Source: Cyanobacteriota bacterium
Lineage (GTDB): Bacteria; Cyanobacteriota; Cyanobacteriia; PCC-6307; Cyanobiaceae
DNA: 64,000 nucleotides
Direction: 5' to 3'
NCBI GenBank assembly: GCA_035285785.1
Contig: JAYKJF010000132.1
Coordinates: 12,776-76,775 of the forward strand
Shown: positions 20,029 to 30,743 of the stretch, piece by piece
Position numbering within the stretch: the first letter of the stretch is position 1
Layout of the letters: the number at the start of each line of letters is the position of its first letter
Made by a program: the position numbers and the translations under genes
Notes under the pieces: generated by a model
Database searches by the model: none
What the model saw: only the letters and a program-made list of their open reading frames with translations
What the model was told of the DNA's origin: nothing

Positions 20029-20982
20029 ATGACAGGCGACTCCAGATCTGAAGAATTCACCTTAAGGCGACGGCCTGCCAGTGAAAAGTTGGTGGATCAG
20101 GGATTCCAGCAACTCACACTCCTGCTTGCCGCCGTGGTGGCGCTCCTCTTGCTGGCCATCTTCGCCACGGTGTTCACCGGCGCCTGGGAAGCGATCCAAA
20201 CCTTCGGCACCCGCTTCCTCACCACATCGGCCTGGGACCCGGTGAGTGAAAAGTATGGTGCCTTCACGGCGATCTACGGCACGCTTGTGTCTTCCTTCCT
20301 CGCCCTGCTGTTTGCCGTTCCCCTGGGGGTAGGAACGGCCATTTTCATCACGGAGGATCTGCTTCCCACCCCCTTTCGCAACGTGATCGGCGGCATGGTG
20401 GAACTGCTGGCGGCCATCCCCTCGGTGGTGTTGGGTCTCTGGGCGATCTTTGTGATGGAGCCGGCCATCCGTCCCTTCCTTCAATTTCTGCACACCACCC
20501 TCGGCTGGTTGCCGCTGTTTGAAAGCGTTCCCCAGGGGCCAGGCATGGCACCGGCCGTTCTGATTCTTGTGGTGATGGTGCTGCCCATCATCACGGCCAT
20601 TGCCAGGGATGCGCTGAATCAGGTGCCCGTGGAGCTCCGGCAGGGGGCCTATGGGGTGGGCACGACGCGCTGGGGTGCGATTTTTAACATCATCCTGCCG
20701 GCGGCCATCTCCGCCATCACCGGTGGCGTGATGCTGGCCCTGGGCAGAGCCATGGGGGAGACGATGGCCGTCACCATGATCATCGGCAATTCCATGAAGT
20801 TCAGCCCATCTCTGCTGGCGCCAGCCAACACGATCTCGTCCATGCTGGCCAATCAATTTGGGGAAGCTGATGGCATCCAGGTTTCTGCACTGATGTATGC
20901 GGCTCTCGTGTTGATGGTGCTCACCTTTGTGGTGAACATATTGGCACAGTTCATTGTCAAGAAATTAAGTCTTCGTTACTGA
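20029..20982 (+). CDS. pstC: Phosphate ABC transporter permease
   Basis: IYGTLVSS, ELLAAIPSVV, GRAMGETMAV. Confidence 0.96.
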   Translation: MTGDSRSEEFTLRRRPASEKLVDQGFQQLTLLLAAVVALLLLAIFATVFTGAWEAIQTFGTRFLTTSAWDPVSEKYGAFTAIYGTLVSSFLALLFAVPLGVGTAIFITEDLLPTPFRNVIGGMVELLAAIPSVVLGLWAIFVMEPAIRPFLQFLHTTLGWLPLFESVPQGPGMAPAVLILVVMVLPIITAIARDALNQVPVELRQGAYGVGTTRWGAIFNIILPAAISAITGGVMLALGRAMGETMAVTMIIGNSMKFSPSLLAPANTISSMLANQFGEADGIQVSALMYAALVLMVLTFVVNILAQFIVKKLSLRY

Positions 20983-20989
20983 ATCCACC

Positions 20990-21904
20990 ATGACTTCCAC
21001 CCCCGACATCCCGAGGGCCATCTCTTCTGGGTTCAGCAGGAATAGTCTGTTTTTCAATCCATCTCTTCGCCGCAACCGATTCAACGGATTTTTCACCGCC
21101 ATCGCTGGCTTGTTTGCCTCCGCGTCGGTTCTCCCCCTGATTCTGGTGCTGGCTTATGTGCTGATCAAGGGTGGCAGCCTGATCAAGCCCAGTCTGTTCA
21201 CTGAGCTTCCTCCCGCGCCAGGCAGTGAGGGGGGAGGGATCGGCAATGCCATTCTCGGCACGCTTCTGGTGACCCTTCTTGCTTCCCTGATCGCCATTCC
21301 GGTGGGTGTTGGCGGAGGGGTTTATCTGGCGGAATACTCACGCAAGGGGTGGTTTGCCCAGTTTGTTCGGTTTGGCAATGATGTGTTGGCGGGTGTGCCT
21401 TCCATCATCAGCGGGGTGTTCGTTTATGGGGCCATTGTGGCGACCCGCCTGTTCTTTGGCCAAAGCTACAGCGCGATGGCGGGTGCCATTGCACTCTCTG
21501 TGTTGATGTTGCCCACGGTGATCAAAACCACCGATGAAGGATTGAGGCTTGTTTCCAATGACCTGCGTCTCGGATCCTATGGGGTGGGGGCTTCTCGCTT
21601 CGTCACCATTACCCAGGTGACCCTCCCCGCGGCCTTCACCCCCATCGCGACGGGAACTGTGCTCGCCATTGCCAGGGCGGCAGGAGAAACGGCTCCCTTG
21701 ATCTTCACCGCATTGTTTTCCCCTTTCTGGCCCGAAGGCATTTTCAATCCGATCGCAACGATGTCGGTGTTGATCTTTAACTTTGCGATCATGCCATACG
21801 ATCCACAGAATCAACTCGCCTGGGCCGCATCATTTATTCTGGTGGTCATGATTCTTGTTGCCAATCTCTTCTCCCGTTGGTTGGCCACCCTCAAAAGACA
21901 GTGA
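20990..21904 (+). CDS. pstA: Phosphate ABC transporter permease
   Basis: GGIGNAILGT, YLAEY, GVPSI, ARAAGETAPL. Confidence 0.96.
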   Translation: MTSTPDIPRAISSGFSRNSLFFNPSLRRNRFNGFFTAIAGLFASASVLPLILVLAYVLIKGGSLIKPSLFTELPPAPGSEGGGIGNAILGTLLVTLLASLIAIPVGVGGGVYLAEYSRKGWFAQFVRFGNDVLAGVPSIISGVFVYGAIVATRLFFGQSYSAMAGAIALSVLMLPTVIKTTDEGLRLVSNDLRLGSYGVGASRFVTITQVTLPAAFTPIATGTVLAIARAAGETAPLIFTALFSPFWPEGIFNPIATMSVLIFNFAIMPYDPQNQLAWAASFILVVMILVANLFSRWLATLKRQ

Positions 21905-21938
21905 ACCCTTCAGCCCATTCCATCTCTGATCACCAGCC

Positions 21939-22763
21939 ATGACCCTTTCTTCCATGCCAGCCAACCAGCCTGCCGCGAAACAGGACGACATTTGCATCTC
22001 TCTGCAGAACGTCTCGATCTCCTATGGAAGCTTTGAGGCGGTGCGCAATGTTTATCTGGATATCCCGCGAAAGGGTGTCACCGCGTTCATCGGACCTTCG
22101 GGTTGTGGAAAATCAACGGTTCTTCGTTCCCTGAACCGCATGAATGATCTCATCCCCGGGTGCACCCTCAAGGGGCGGGTGATGTTTGATGGTCTCGATC
22201 TCTATGACAAACGGGTGGATCCTGTTGAGGTGAGACGACGGATTGGCATGGTGTTTCAGAAGCCCAATCCTTTCCCCAAAAGCATTTATGAAAACATTGC
22301 TTTTGGGGCCCGCATCAATGGCTATCGCGGCAACATGGATGAGCTGGTTGAACGCTCTCTACGCAAAGCAGCCGTGTGGGAAGAGTGCAAAGACAAATTA
22401 AAAGAAAGTGGCCTCTCTCTCTCTGGGGGTCAACAGCAACGGCTCTGTATCGCCCGGGCCATCGCCACCGAGCCAGAGGTGATTCTGATGGATGAACCCT
22501 GCTCCGCTCTCGATCCCATCTCCACCCTGAAGATCGAGGAAACCATGCACGACCTCAAACGAAGCTACACCATCGTAATTGTCACCCACAACATGCAACA
22601 GGCCGTGCGTGTGGCAGATATGACCGCCTTTTACAACGCTGAGGCCGTGGAGGGGGGAACGGGAAAGATCGGCTATCTGGTGGAATTCAGCGCAACAGAG
22701 AAGATCTTCAATGCCCCCGCCCAACAGGCCACCCTGGATTACGTCAGTGGGCGTTTTGGATAA
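21939..22763 (+). CDS. pstB: Phosphate ABC transporter ATPase
   Basis: [37 protein letters not shown]. Confidence 0.97.
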   Translation: MTLSSMPANQPAAKQDDICISLQNVSISYGSFEAVRNVYLDIPRKGVTAFIGPSGCGKSTVLRSLNRMNDLIPGCTLKGRVMFDGLDLYDKRVDPVEVRRRIGMVFQKPNPFPKSIYENIAFGARINGYRGNMDELVERSLRKAAVWEECKDKLKESGLSLSGGQQQRLCIARAIATEPEVILMDEPCSALDPISTLKIEETMHDLKRSYTIVIVTHNMQQAVRVADMTAFYNAEAVEGGTGKIGYLVEFSATEKIFNAPAQQATLDYVSGRFG

Positions 22764-22802
22764 CCGGATCGGTTCGAATCGTTGTCGGTGCGATCGATGC
22801 AT

Positions 22803-22825
22803 AAAAAAACCGGCCTGGGGCCGGT
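22803..22825 (-). terminator. Intrinsic terminator after tRNA-Ser
   Basis: ACCGGCC-tgg-GGCCGGT hairpin followed by a T run on the minus strand. Confidence 0.75.
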
Positions 22826-22830
22826 GATAA

Positions 22831-22917
22831 CGGAGAGGGAGGGATTCGAACCCTCGATAGAGTTGCCCCTATACAGCATTTCCAGTGCTGCGCCTTCGAC
22901 CACTCGGCCACCTCTCC
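22831..22917 (-). tRNA. tRNA-Ser (GGA)
   Basis: GGAGAGGTGGCCGAGTGG..CAGCA-CTGGAAA-TGCTG, long variable arm, GGTTCGAATCC; 87 nt, no encoded CCA. Confidence 0.97.
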
Positions 22918-22975
22918 AGTGGACGTGTTCAATCAAGTGGCAATGTAGCAGCATGCCTTCGCAAAGCAAACGTTC

Positions 22976-23344
22976 ATGACGCGCACCTTCCCGATCACGG
23001 TGGTCTGGCGTCAGGCGGGACGGGTGATCACCCATGAGGTGCGAGAAGGGGACTACATCTTGCGGAGCTTTGAAGCCCAGGGGGATCCCCTTCCCTTCAG
23101 TTGTCGCCAGGGCTGTTGCACAGCCTGTGCGGTTCGGGTGCTCGCCGGTGAGATCGACCACCGAGAGGCCCTCGGCCTCTCCCAGGAGTTGCGCCAGCGG
23201 GGCTACGGGCTGCTCTGCGTGGCCCGGGCCATTGCTCCCCTCGAGGTGGAAACCCAGGACGAAGATGAGGTGTACGAGCTTCAATTCGGCCGCCATTTCA
23301 GCCGGGGTCGGGTGCGCTCTGGCCTTCCCTTGGATGAGGACTGA
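22976..23344 (+). CDS. 2Fe-2S ferredoxin
   Basis: PFSCRQGCCTAC..LLCV. Confidence 0.92.
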   Translation: MTRTFPITVVWRQAGRVITHEVREGDYILRSFEAQGDPLPFSCRQGCCTACAVRVLAGEIDHREALGLSQELRQRGYGLLCVARAIAPLEVETQDEDEVYELQFGRHFSRGRVRSGLPLDED

Positions 23345-23347
23345 ACC

Positions 23348-24256
23348 ATGACATCCCCTGGCCCAGCTTGTTCCCTTTCTGATGCGGCCCTCCAGGCCAG
23401 CGGCCTGGCACCCGACCGCTTGGACACCCTTCTCAACGTGGCCCGCTCCGCCGCATTGGCTGGAGCTCGCCCGCTCAAGGAGATGTTTGGTCGGCTTGAG
23501 GGGGTGAAGGAGAAAGGACAGGCCGGCAATCTCGTGACGGAAGCTGATCTGGCCTCGGAGCGCGCTGTTCTGGCGGTGTTGGCTGAGGCCACTCCAGGGT
23601 TCGCTGTCCTGGCCGAGGAGAGCGGGCGCCGCAACGGCGAGGGGTCCTTTGAGTGGTGTGTGGATCCCTTGGATGGCACCACGAATTACGCCCACGGCTT
23701 TCCGGTGTTCTGCACCTCGGTGGGACTGCTTTTTGAGGGGAAACCCCTTCTCGGGGCCCTGGCCCTGCCTGCCCTCGACCAGCTGTTCTGGGCTGCGCCC
23801 GGGCAAGGATCCTGGTGCAACGACAGACGCCTGCGGGTGAGCGATTGCACGCGGATCGCCGATGCCCTTCTGGCCACTGGTTTTGCTTACGACCGGATCA
23901 GCAGGCTGGACAACAACTATGCGGAATTCGCCCGCTTCACCCACCGCAGCCACGGCGTGCGGCGTGCAGGAGCTGCGGCCGTGGATCTGGCCTTTGTTGC
24001 CTCTGGCGCTGTGGATGGCTACTGGGAGCGGGGCCTCTCACCCTGGGATCTGGTGGCGGGTGTGGTGTTGGTGGAGCAGGCCGGTGGGGTCGTGAGCGGC
24101 TATGGCGGGGAAGCGCTCGATCTGGGCACGGGTCGGGTGATCGCCTGTGCTCCTGGTCTGCACAGCGCCATGATCGCTGAGCTCTCGGCCTGCCACCCCC
24201 TCCCTGGGGCGAGTTACGGGGCTCCCGAGCTCGATGCCCTGGACTCCCCTCCATAG
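23348..24256 (+). CDS. suhB: Inositol monophosphatase family protein
   Basis: VTEAD, AEE, WCVDPLDGTTNY, PWDLVAG. Confidence 0.9.
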   Translation: MTSPGPACSLSDAALQASGLAPDRLDTLLNVARSAALAGARPLKEMFGRLEGVKEKGQAGNLVTEADLASERAVLAVLAEATPGFAVLAEESGRRNGEGSFEWCVDPLDGTTNYAHGFPVFCTSVGLLFEGKPLLGALALPALDQLFWAAPGQGSWCNDRRLRVSDCTRIADALLATGFAYDRISRLDNNYAEFARFTHRSHGVRRAGAAAVDLAFVASGAVDGYWERGLSPWDLVAGVVLVEQAGGVVSGYGGEALDLGTGRVIACAPGLHSAMIAELSACHPLPGASYGAPELDALDSPP

Positions 24257-24290
24257 GATCCAGCGATCCTTTGCCCTTCGTTTCTCCGGA

Positions 24291-25475
24291 ATGGCCCTGC
24301 AACCTGCTGCTGGTGCCCGGGATCTCAACCCGCGGGAAGTGGAAAGCCAGCGCTGGCTGTGCGAACGGCTGGCTGAGGTGTACCGACGGTGGGGCTATCA
24401 GGAGGTGGCTCCCCCGACGATCGAACGGATCGACACCCTGGAGGCAGGGGGGGGGATTGCGGAGCGGGAGGTGGTGCGGCTCGTGGCCGATGCACCCCTG
24501 GGGCTCAGGCCCGAACTGACGGCCTCCATCGCCCGGGCCGCCAGCACCCGCATGGCCCATCGCCCCCGCCCTCTGCGGCTCTGGGCCAGTGGCACCACGT
24601 TCCGCTCCTTCGTGGGGGATGGGGGGGATCTGCGCATCAATGAATCCCTGCAAAGCGGCGTGGAGCTTCTCGGGGAGGGCTCCGATGCGGCTGAGATGGA
24701 ATTGATGCATCTGTTGCTCACGGCCCTGCCCAGCCTGGGGCTCAGTCCGTCCCACCACCCCACCCTGCTGGTGGGTCACCATGCCCTTTTGGGTGCCCTG
24801 TTGGAGGTGGTGCCCGCACCGGAGCGTGAGATGGCCCGGCACAGGCTCACAGCCTTTGATGCCCTGGGAATCGAGGCCCTCCCCATCCCCCAGGCGGCCC
24901 GTGGAAGGCTCCAGGCCCTGCTCCAGCTCCGGGGAGATCCCCGCACCGTGCTCGATCAACTGGAGCAATGGCTGGGGCAGATTCCCCTGCTCGGGCGTCT
25001 TGAGGCCCTGTTGAGCAGTGTGGATCCCCTGGCACGGGCGGTTGGGGTGCGCCTGCAGCTGGATCCCACCTTTCAGCCCCACTTTGATCTGTACGACGGA
25101 TTGGTGTTCAAGCTGGTTTGCCAGGGCCAGGACGCTCCCGTGGCCATTGCCAGTGGGGGGCGCTATGACCGGCTGGTGGCTCGGTTCTGTGACGACCCCT
25201 CCCTGGCTTGCGGCAGCGGCTTCGGGTTTTCCATCGCGGCACTCCAGGATCTCCTCCTTGCTGAAGCCCCGCCGGCCCCCTCGACGGCCCCCTGGCTCGT
25301 GGCCTGCTCCGATGCCGGCATGCTCCCGGCCGCGCTGGAGCGGATGGCGGCTCTCCACGCCCAGGGGGATTCGGCCGAACTCTGCAGCCAGCCCTGTGGA
25401 AGCGAAGCGGAAGCCAACAGCCGCGCCAGCGAACGCGGCTCTCGGGGGGTGATCTGGCTGAGCTCCGATCCCTAG
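24291..25475 (+). CDS. hisZ: ATP phosphoribosyltransferase regulatory subunit
   Basis: MALQPAAGARD, LRPELTASIAR, QSGVEL, SGGRYD, GFGF. Confidence 0.93.
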   Translation: MALQPAAGARDLNPREVESQRWLCERLAEVYRRWGYQEVAPPTIERIDTLEAGGGIAEREVVRLVADAPLGLRPELTASIARAASTRMAHRPRPLRLWASGTTFRSFVGDGGDLRINESLQSGVELLGEGSDAAEMELMHLLLTALPSLGLSPSHHPTLLVGHHALLGALLEVVPAPEREMARHRLTAFDALGIEALPIPQAARGRLQALLQLRGDPRTVLDQLEQWLGQIPLLGRLEALLSSVDPLARAVGVRLQLDPTFQPHFDLYDGLVFKLVCQGQDAPVAIASGGRYDRLVARFCDDPSLACGSGFGFSIAALQDLLLAEAPPAPSTAPWLVACSDAGMLPAALERMAALHAQGDSAELCSQPCGSEAEANSRASERGSRGVIWLSSDP

Positions 25476-25502
25476 GATTGGCAGGGTTTCTGATCCGTTT
25501 CC

Positions 25503-25727
25503 ATGCCCCATACGATCCTGACGGATGTTTGTGAAGGGGTCTCCGATTGTGTGGATGCCTGTCCGGTGGCCTGCATTCACCCCGGACCTACGGCCAATGC
25601 CAAAGGCACGGTGTACTTCTGGATCGACTTTGAAACCTGCATCGATTGCGGGATCTGCCTGCAGGTGTGCCCGGTGAATGGGGCCATTGTTCCTGAGGAG
25701 CGCCCTGAACTCCAGCGTCCATCCTGA
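25503..25727 (+). CDS. Bacterial-type ferredoxin, probably [3Fe-4S][4Fe-4S]
   Basis: CEGVSDCVDACP (second Cys replaced by Val) and CIDCGICLQVCP. Confidence 0.9.
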   Translation: MPHTILTDVCEGVSDCVDACPVACIHPGPTANAKGTVYFWIDFETCIDCGICLQVCPVNGAIVPEERPELQRPS

Positions 25728-25817
25728 GGGGCAAGCGGTTCGGTCACCCCTCCATCTCCGCCGTTGAAGCCCGCCGGATCACGGATTTAGGCTGATGGGG
25801 TTGCTTCTTTTTTTGTA

Positions 25818-27743
25818 ATGACGGTTCTGGAAGAAGGTCAGATTCAGATTCATACTGAAAATATATTCCCTATTATCAAAAAGGCGGTTTATTCCGGCCA
25901 TGAGGTATTCCTCCGCGAGCTGGTGAGCAACGGGGTGGATGCCATCCAGAAGCGGCGCATGGCGGCCATGGCCGGAGATTGCAGCGAAGGAGAGGCTGGT
26001 CTGATCAGCATCCGGATCGACCGGGACGCAAAAACCGTCACCATCAGTGATAACGGCATCGGCATGACGGCCGATGAAGTGAAGCGCTACATCAACCAGG
26101 TGGCGTTCTCCAGTGCTGAAGAATTTCTCACCAAATACAAATCGGAATCCGATGCCATCATTGGCCACTTTGGCCTCGGCTTCTACTCCAGCTTCATGGT
26201 GGCCTCCCAGGTGGAGATCGTCAGTCTCAGCGCCCGCCCCGAAGCGCAGGCCATTCGCTGGAGCTGCGACGGCTCGCCGAATTTCAGCCTCGCCGGCGCT
26301 GAGCGCTCCGCTCCAGGAACGGATGTGATCCTCCATCTGCAGGAGGAGGAGCTGGAGTATCTCGAGCCTTCCCGCCTCCGCAATCTGATCACCACCTACT
26401 GCGACTTTCTGCCCGTTGAGGTGCAGTTGGAAGGTGAAGCCGTCAATAAGAAAGATGCTCCCTGGCGCCGTTCCGCAAAGGATCTATCGGATCAGGATTA
26501 CATCGAGTTTTATCGCTATCTCTACCCCTTCCAAGGCGATCCCTTGCTCTGGGTGCACCTCAATACCGATTATCCCTACAGCCTGCAGGGAATCCTTTAC
26601 TTCCCCAGGATCTCCGGCAGGGCGGATTGGGAGAAAGGAGAGATCCGCCTGTATTGCAACCAGGTGTTTGTCAGCGATTCCATCAAGGAAGTGGTCCCCC
26701 GCTATCTGCTGCCCCTGAGAGGGGTGCTGGATTCCCCGGACATTCCCCTCAACGTGAGTCGCAGCGCCCTGCAAACCGATCGTCGGGTGCGCTCCATCGG
26801 TGCCTTCGTGGCTCGAAAGGTTGGAGACCGGCTCAAGGATCTCCATCAGAACGACCCTGTCCGCTATGCGGAGATCTGGGATTCCGTTGGACCCTTCATC
26901 AAGATCGGCGCGATGGAAGATGACAAATTCGCCGACCAGGTGGAGGGTTCCATCCTCTTTGGCACCACCGCCACCGCCCCAGGGGAGACCCAGGGGAACA
27001 CGCCAGATTCCTCAGCCGATCCGATCACCAGCCCCCTGGGCAGCTTCACCACGTTGGCGGCCTACCGCTCCCGCCTGGAGGACGCCTCCAGCTCCCGCAT
27101 CCTTTACTGCACGGATGAGGCCGGCCAGGCCGGGGCCCTGGCCCTCTGGAAGGGGCAGGGGGCAGAGGTGCTCCTGGCCGACACCCTCATCGATGCCCAG
27201 TTCATCCCTTGGCTGGAAGCTCGGCACAATGAGCTTCGCTTCCAGCGGGTTGACGCGGAGCTCGATGCCAGCCTCCATGACAATGGCCAGGAGCTCGCGG
27301 ATGCGGATGGCAAGGATGCGTCCGAAAAGCTGCGGGATGTTTTCCGCACCGCTCTCGGCAACGACAAGGTGACCGTGCAGGTGCAGGCTCTCCGAGGGGA
27401 AGAGGCTCCCGCCGCCCTCATCCTGCTGCCGGAGCAGATGCGTCGGATGAACGATCTGGGCGCCCTCATGGAGCAGCGCCTGCCTGGTCTCCCCGACCAC
27501 CATGTGTTGCTCATCAACCGTCGCCATCCCCTGGTGGAAGGGGTGTTGAAACTCTCCAGCGGCGCGATCCTCACCAGTTCCGGCGGAGAAGCCTCCCCCA
27601 CCCAGCAACTGGCCGATGATCTCAGCCGTCACATTTATGAGATGGCCCGTTTGGCGGTGGGCGGGCTAGAACCCAATCAACTGGCTGGTTTCCAGCAGCG
27701 CAGCAGCGATCTGATGGGACGCCTCATGCAGCGCGCGTTGTAA
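25818..27743 (+). CDS. htpG: Hsp90 chaperone
   Basis: FLRELVSN, DNGIGM, IGHFGLGFYS, PLNVSRSALQ. Confidence 0.97.
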   Translation: MTVLEEGQIQIHTENIFPIIKKAVYSGHEVFLRELVSNGVDAIQKRRMAAMAGDCSEGEAGLISIRIDRDAKTVTISDNGIGMTADEVKRYINQVAFSSAEEFLTKYKSESDAIIGHFGLGFYSSFMVASQVEIVSLSARPEAQAIRWSCDGSPNFSLAGAERSAPGTDVILHLQEEELEYLEPSRLRNLITTYCDFLPVEVQLEGEAVNKKDAPWRRSAKDLSDQDYIEFYRYLYPFQGDPLLWVHLNTDYPYSLQGILYFPRISGRADWEKGEIRLYCNQVFVSDSIKEVVPRYLLPLRGVLDSPDIPLNVSRSALQTDRRVRSIGAFVARKVGDRLKDLHQNDPVRYAEIWDSVGPFIKIGAMEDDKFADQVEGSILFGTTATAPGETQGNTPDSSADPITSPLGSFTTLAAYRSRLEDASSSRILYCTDEAGQAGALALWKGQGAEVLLADTLIDAQFIPWLEARHNELRFQRVDAELDASLHDNGQELADADGKDASEKLRDVFRTALGNDKVTVQVQALRGEEAPAALILLPEQMRRMNDLGALMEQRLPGLPDHHVLLINRRHPLVEGVLKLSSGAILTSSGGEASPTQQLADDLSRHIYEMARLAVGGLEPNQLAGFQQRSSDLMGRLMQRAL

Positions 27744-27775
27744 GTCCAGGCCCGCTCTCCCCTGAGCCCCTGCCG

Positions 27776-29077
27776 ATGCCCACCCTCACCTCACGCCGGC
27801 GGGTTCTTCAGGGGCTGTTGGCGTCCGTGCCCACAACAGGCCTCCTGGGCAGTGGGATTGGCCGATCGTCGCCTCCGGCAGGGCCCCCTCGGGCGGAAAC
27901 GGTGCGGATCCTGATGCCGGCGCCCCTGGCGGATGCCACCGCTCCAGCCGTTCAGCAATTCAATCGCCGTTCCGGCGATGTGCAGATTGCGGTCAGCCGC
28001 GGCCCCCTCGATACGGAAACCCTTTCGGATCTGGCCAGCAGCAGCCTTCTGTTGGGGGATTCCCCCTTTGATCTGCTGCTGATGGATGTGAGCTGGACCC
28101 CCAGGTACGTGGCGGCCGGTTGGCTTCAGCCCCTCGAGACCCTCCTGGGACCTGGCGGACTGGATGGCCTGGTTCCGGCCGCCCGGCTGGGCAATGCCTT
28201 TGGCGGTCACCTCTGGAGAATGCCCCTGTCTGGGGACACGGCCCTTCTTTACTGGCGCAAGGATCTGCTGCCCCATCCACCGAGGGACACCCTGGAGCTG
28301 GAAGCCATGGCCCGGGAGCTCCAGAAGCAGGGCAAGGTGCGCTGGGGCTATGTGTGGCAGGGAAGGCAATACGAAGGGCTCAGCTGTGTGTTGCTGGAGG
28401 TGCTGCACGCCTTTGGCGGCCGCTGGTGGGATGGGCAGGCCGGGCGCACCGATCTCTCCACGCCCCAGGCTCTGGCAGCCATTCGCTGGCTCACCAATCT
28501 CGTGCGGGAAGGGGTCAGTCCACCGGGGGTGGCCAACTTTGCGGAGAACGATGCCCTTGATCTTTTCCGCGCAGGAGAGGTGGCGTTCCTCCGCAACTGG
28601 CCCTACGCCTGGCAGCTGATCGCCCAGGAGAATGGCCCCATCACCGGCAAGGTGGGAGTCGCCCCCCTGGTGGGAGCCCCAGGCCATCCCGGGGGGGGAA
28701 CCCTCGGAACGTGGGGGCTCTCGCTCCTGGCCGGGTGTCCCCGCCCCATGGCCGCTGCCCGGGTGATCCGCTGGCTCACGGGGCCGGAGGTGCAGAGGGA
28801 TCTCGTGCGGAGCCAGGGATACGCCCCCACCTGGCAATCCCTCTACGACGACGAGGATCTTCAGGCCTCCCATCCCCTGCTGCAGGTTCAGGCCCAGGCC
28901 CTGCGTCACCCCCTCCTCCGTCCCCTCACCCCGCTGTATGCCCAGATCAGCGATGTGCTGCAACGGCAGGGGAATGCCCTGTTCACCTCCGATCTCAGCC
29001 CTGAAGTGGCTCTGGCCCGCGCTCAGCGCCAGAGTGATCTGCTGATGCGCGCTGCCGGCGCCCCCACCGCCCCATGA
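27776..29077 (+). CDS. Carbohydrate ABC transporter substrate-binding protein
   Basis: Tat-like SRRRVL signal, LYWRKDLL, WQGRQYEGL, FLRNWPY. Confidence 0.9.
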   Translation: MPTLTSRRRVLQGLLASVPTTGLLGSGIGRSSPPAGPPRAETVRILMPAPLADATAPAVQQFNRRSGDVQIAVSRGPLDTETLSDLASSSLLLGDSPFDLLLMDVSWTPRYVAAGWLQPLETLLGPGGLDGLVPAARLGNAFGGHLWRMPLSGDTALLYWRKDLLPHPPRDTLELEAMARELQKQGKVRWGYVWQGRQYEGLSCVLLEVLHAFGGRWWDGQAGRTDLSTPQALAAIRWLTNLVREGVSPPGVANFAENDALDLFRAGEVAFLRNWPYAWQLIAQENGPITGKVGVAPLVGAPGHPGGGTLGTWGLSLLAGCPRPMAAARVIRWLTGPEVQRDLVRSQGYAPTWQSLYDDEDLQASHPLLQVQAQALRHPLLRPLTPLYAQISDVLQRQGNALFTSDLSPEVALARAQRQSDLLMRAAGAPTAP

Positions 29078-29943
29078 GCGCCGATCTGCTGCCCCTGCTC
29101 TGGATGGCTCCAGCCCTGCTGTTGCTGGCCCTGGTGTTTCTCTGGCCCTGGGCGCACTATTGCTGGCTGAGTGTTCATGCCAGCTCCCTACTGACCGGCC
29201 TGGCGCCCATCCCCAACGGGGGGGCCAATTGGCAGCGGCTCTTGCAGGACAACCGGTTCTGGCAGGACGCCCTGCAGACCCTCCGGTTTGCCGGTGTGTC
29301 GGTGGTCCTGGAACTGGGCCTGGGCCTGCTGATGGCCCTGCTCCTCCATCGTCCGTCCCGGGCCCAGGGTCTGCTCCGTGCCCTTGTGCTCCTCCCCTGG
29401 GCCCTGCCCGGAACCGTGATGGCCCTGGGCTGGCGCTGGATTCTCAATGATCCCGCCGGCCCTCTCAATGGCCTGATCCAGGCCCTGGGGGGAAACGCCT
29501 ATCCGTTCCTGTCCAACCCCTCCACCACCTGGGCCTTCACCGTTCTGGCCGATGTGTGGAAAACCACGCCTTTTGTGGGGATCATCCTGCTGGCCGGATT
29601 GCAGAGCATCCCCAGGGATCTGGAGGAAGCCCTTCGCCTGGAGGGGGCCGGCGACTGGACCGTGCTCCGCCGGCTCCAGTGGCCATTGCTGGCACCCTAT
29701 GTGTCGCTGGCCCTGCTCTTCCGGCTGGCCCAGGCCTTCGGTGTGTTCGACCTGATCCAGCTGCTCACCGGAGGCGGACCCGCTGGCACCACGGAGAGCC
29801 TGGCCTCCTATGCCTATCTCCAGGCCATGCGCTTTCTGGATTTTGGATACAGCGCCACGTTGATGCTGGCCACCTTTCTCATGGTGTTGCTCCTGAGCCT
29901 GCTGTGGCTCGGGGGGATGCGCTGGGCAGGAGCTCGCCGATGA
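29074..29943 (+). CDS. Carbohydrate ABC transporter permease
   Basis: PWALP, DVWKTTPF, AGLQSIP, EAA-loop-like EALRLEGA, TGGGP. Confidence 0.9.
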   Translation: MSADLLPLLWMAPALLLLALVFLWPWAHYCWLSVHASSLLTGLAPIPNGGANWQRLLQDNRFWQDALQTLRFAGVSVVLELGLGLLMALLLHRPSRAQGLLRALVLLPWALPGTVMALGWRWILNDPAGPLNGLIQALGGNAYPFLSNPSTTWAFTVLADVWKTTPFVGIILLAGLQSIPRDLEEALRLEGAGDWTVLRRLQWPLLAPYVSLALLFRLAQAFGVFDLIQLLTGGGPAGTTESLASYAYLQAMRFLDFGYSATLMLATFLMVLLLSLLWLGGMRWAGARR

Positions 29944-30743
29944 TGCGCCTGCTGCTTCTCGCCTGGAGTCTGCTGCCCCTGCTCTGGCAGTTGCGCGCCT
30001 CGTTTCTGGTGGGCGATGCCCTGGTGGGACGAGTTACCCCACTCAGCGGTTCGCCGTGGACCCTGCAGAACTATCGCGTGGTGCTCGGGGGAGACCCATC
30101 CCTTGCGCAGGTGCTGGTCAACTCGACCCTGCTGGGATTGGTGACCACTGCGCTGACCTTGCTGCTGGCCGTGCCCTGTGCCTACGGCTTGCACCATCTG
30201 AGAGGCCGGCTCCAGCCTCTTCTCAGTGCGGGCCTGCTGGGTGCGGCCCTGTTCCCCACCGTGTTGTTCTTTCTCTCGCTTCTGCAGCTGGCCCGCTGGT
30301 TGGGGCTGGCCAACCAGTTGCTGGCCCTCAGCTTGCCCTATGCAGCGCTCTCGCTTCCCCTGGCCATTCTCCTGTTGCGGGCGGCCATCGCCGACCTGCC
30401 CCCCGACCTGGAGGAGGCCGCCCGGCTGGATGGCCTGAATGCCTGGCATCGGCTCCGCTGGATCCTGGTGCCCGTGCTGGCCCCGGCGCTGGCCAGCACC
30501 GGGTTGCTGGTGTTTCTGGCCAGCTGGAATGAGTACCCCATTGCCCTCACCTGGCTGAGCAAGAGTGAACTCCTCACCCTGCCGGCGGCCATGGGGCGGA
30601 TCGCCTCCTCCTCCGTCTACACCATTCCCTATGGCCCCTACGCGGCAGCCACGGTGCTGGGAAGCTTGCCCCTGCTGGCGCTGGTGCTCCTGTTCCAGCG
30701 CCCGATCGTCAGTGGCCTCACCCAGGGGGCGGTGAAGGGATGA
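29940..30743 (+). CDS. Carbohydrate ABC transporter permease
   Basis: [29 protein letters not shown]; ATGA overlap with the upstream gene. Confidence 0.9.
   Translation: MMRLLLLAWSLLPLLWQLRASFLVGDALVGRVTPLSGSPWTLQNYRVVLGGDPSLAQVLVNSTLLGLVTTALTLLLAVPCAYGLHHLRGRLQPLLSAGLLGAALFPTVLFFLSLLQLARWLGLANQLLALSLPYAALSLPLAILLLRAAIADLPPDLEEAARLDGLNAWHRLRWILVPVLAPALASTGLLVFLASWNEYPIALTWLSKSELLTLPAAMGRIASSSVYTIPYGPYAAATVLGSLPLLALVLLFQRPIVSGLTQGAVKG

Noticed and set aside
20029-22917. pstCAB next to tRNA-Ser as a possible integrated island
   Set aside because: No integrase, no duplicated tRNA 3' end seen, and the flanking genes are core
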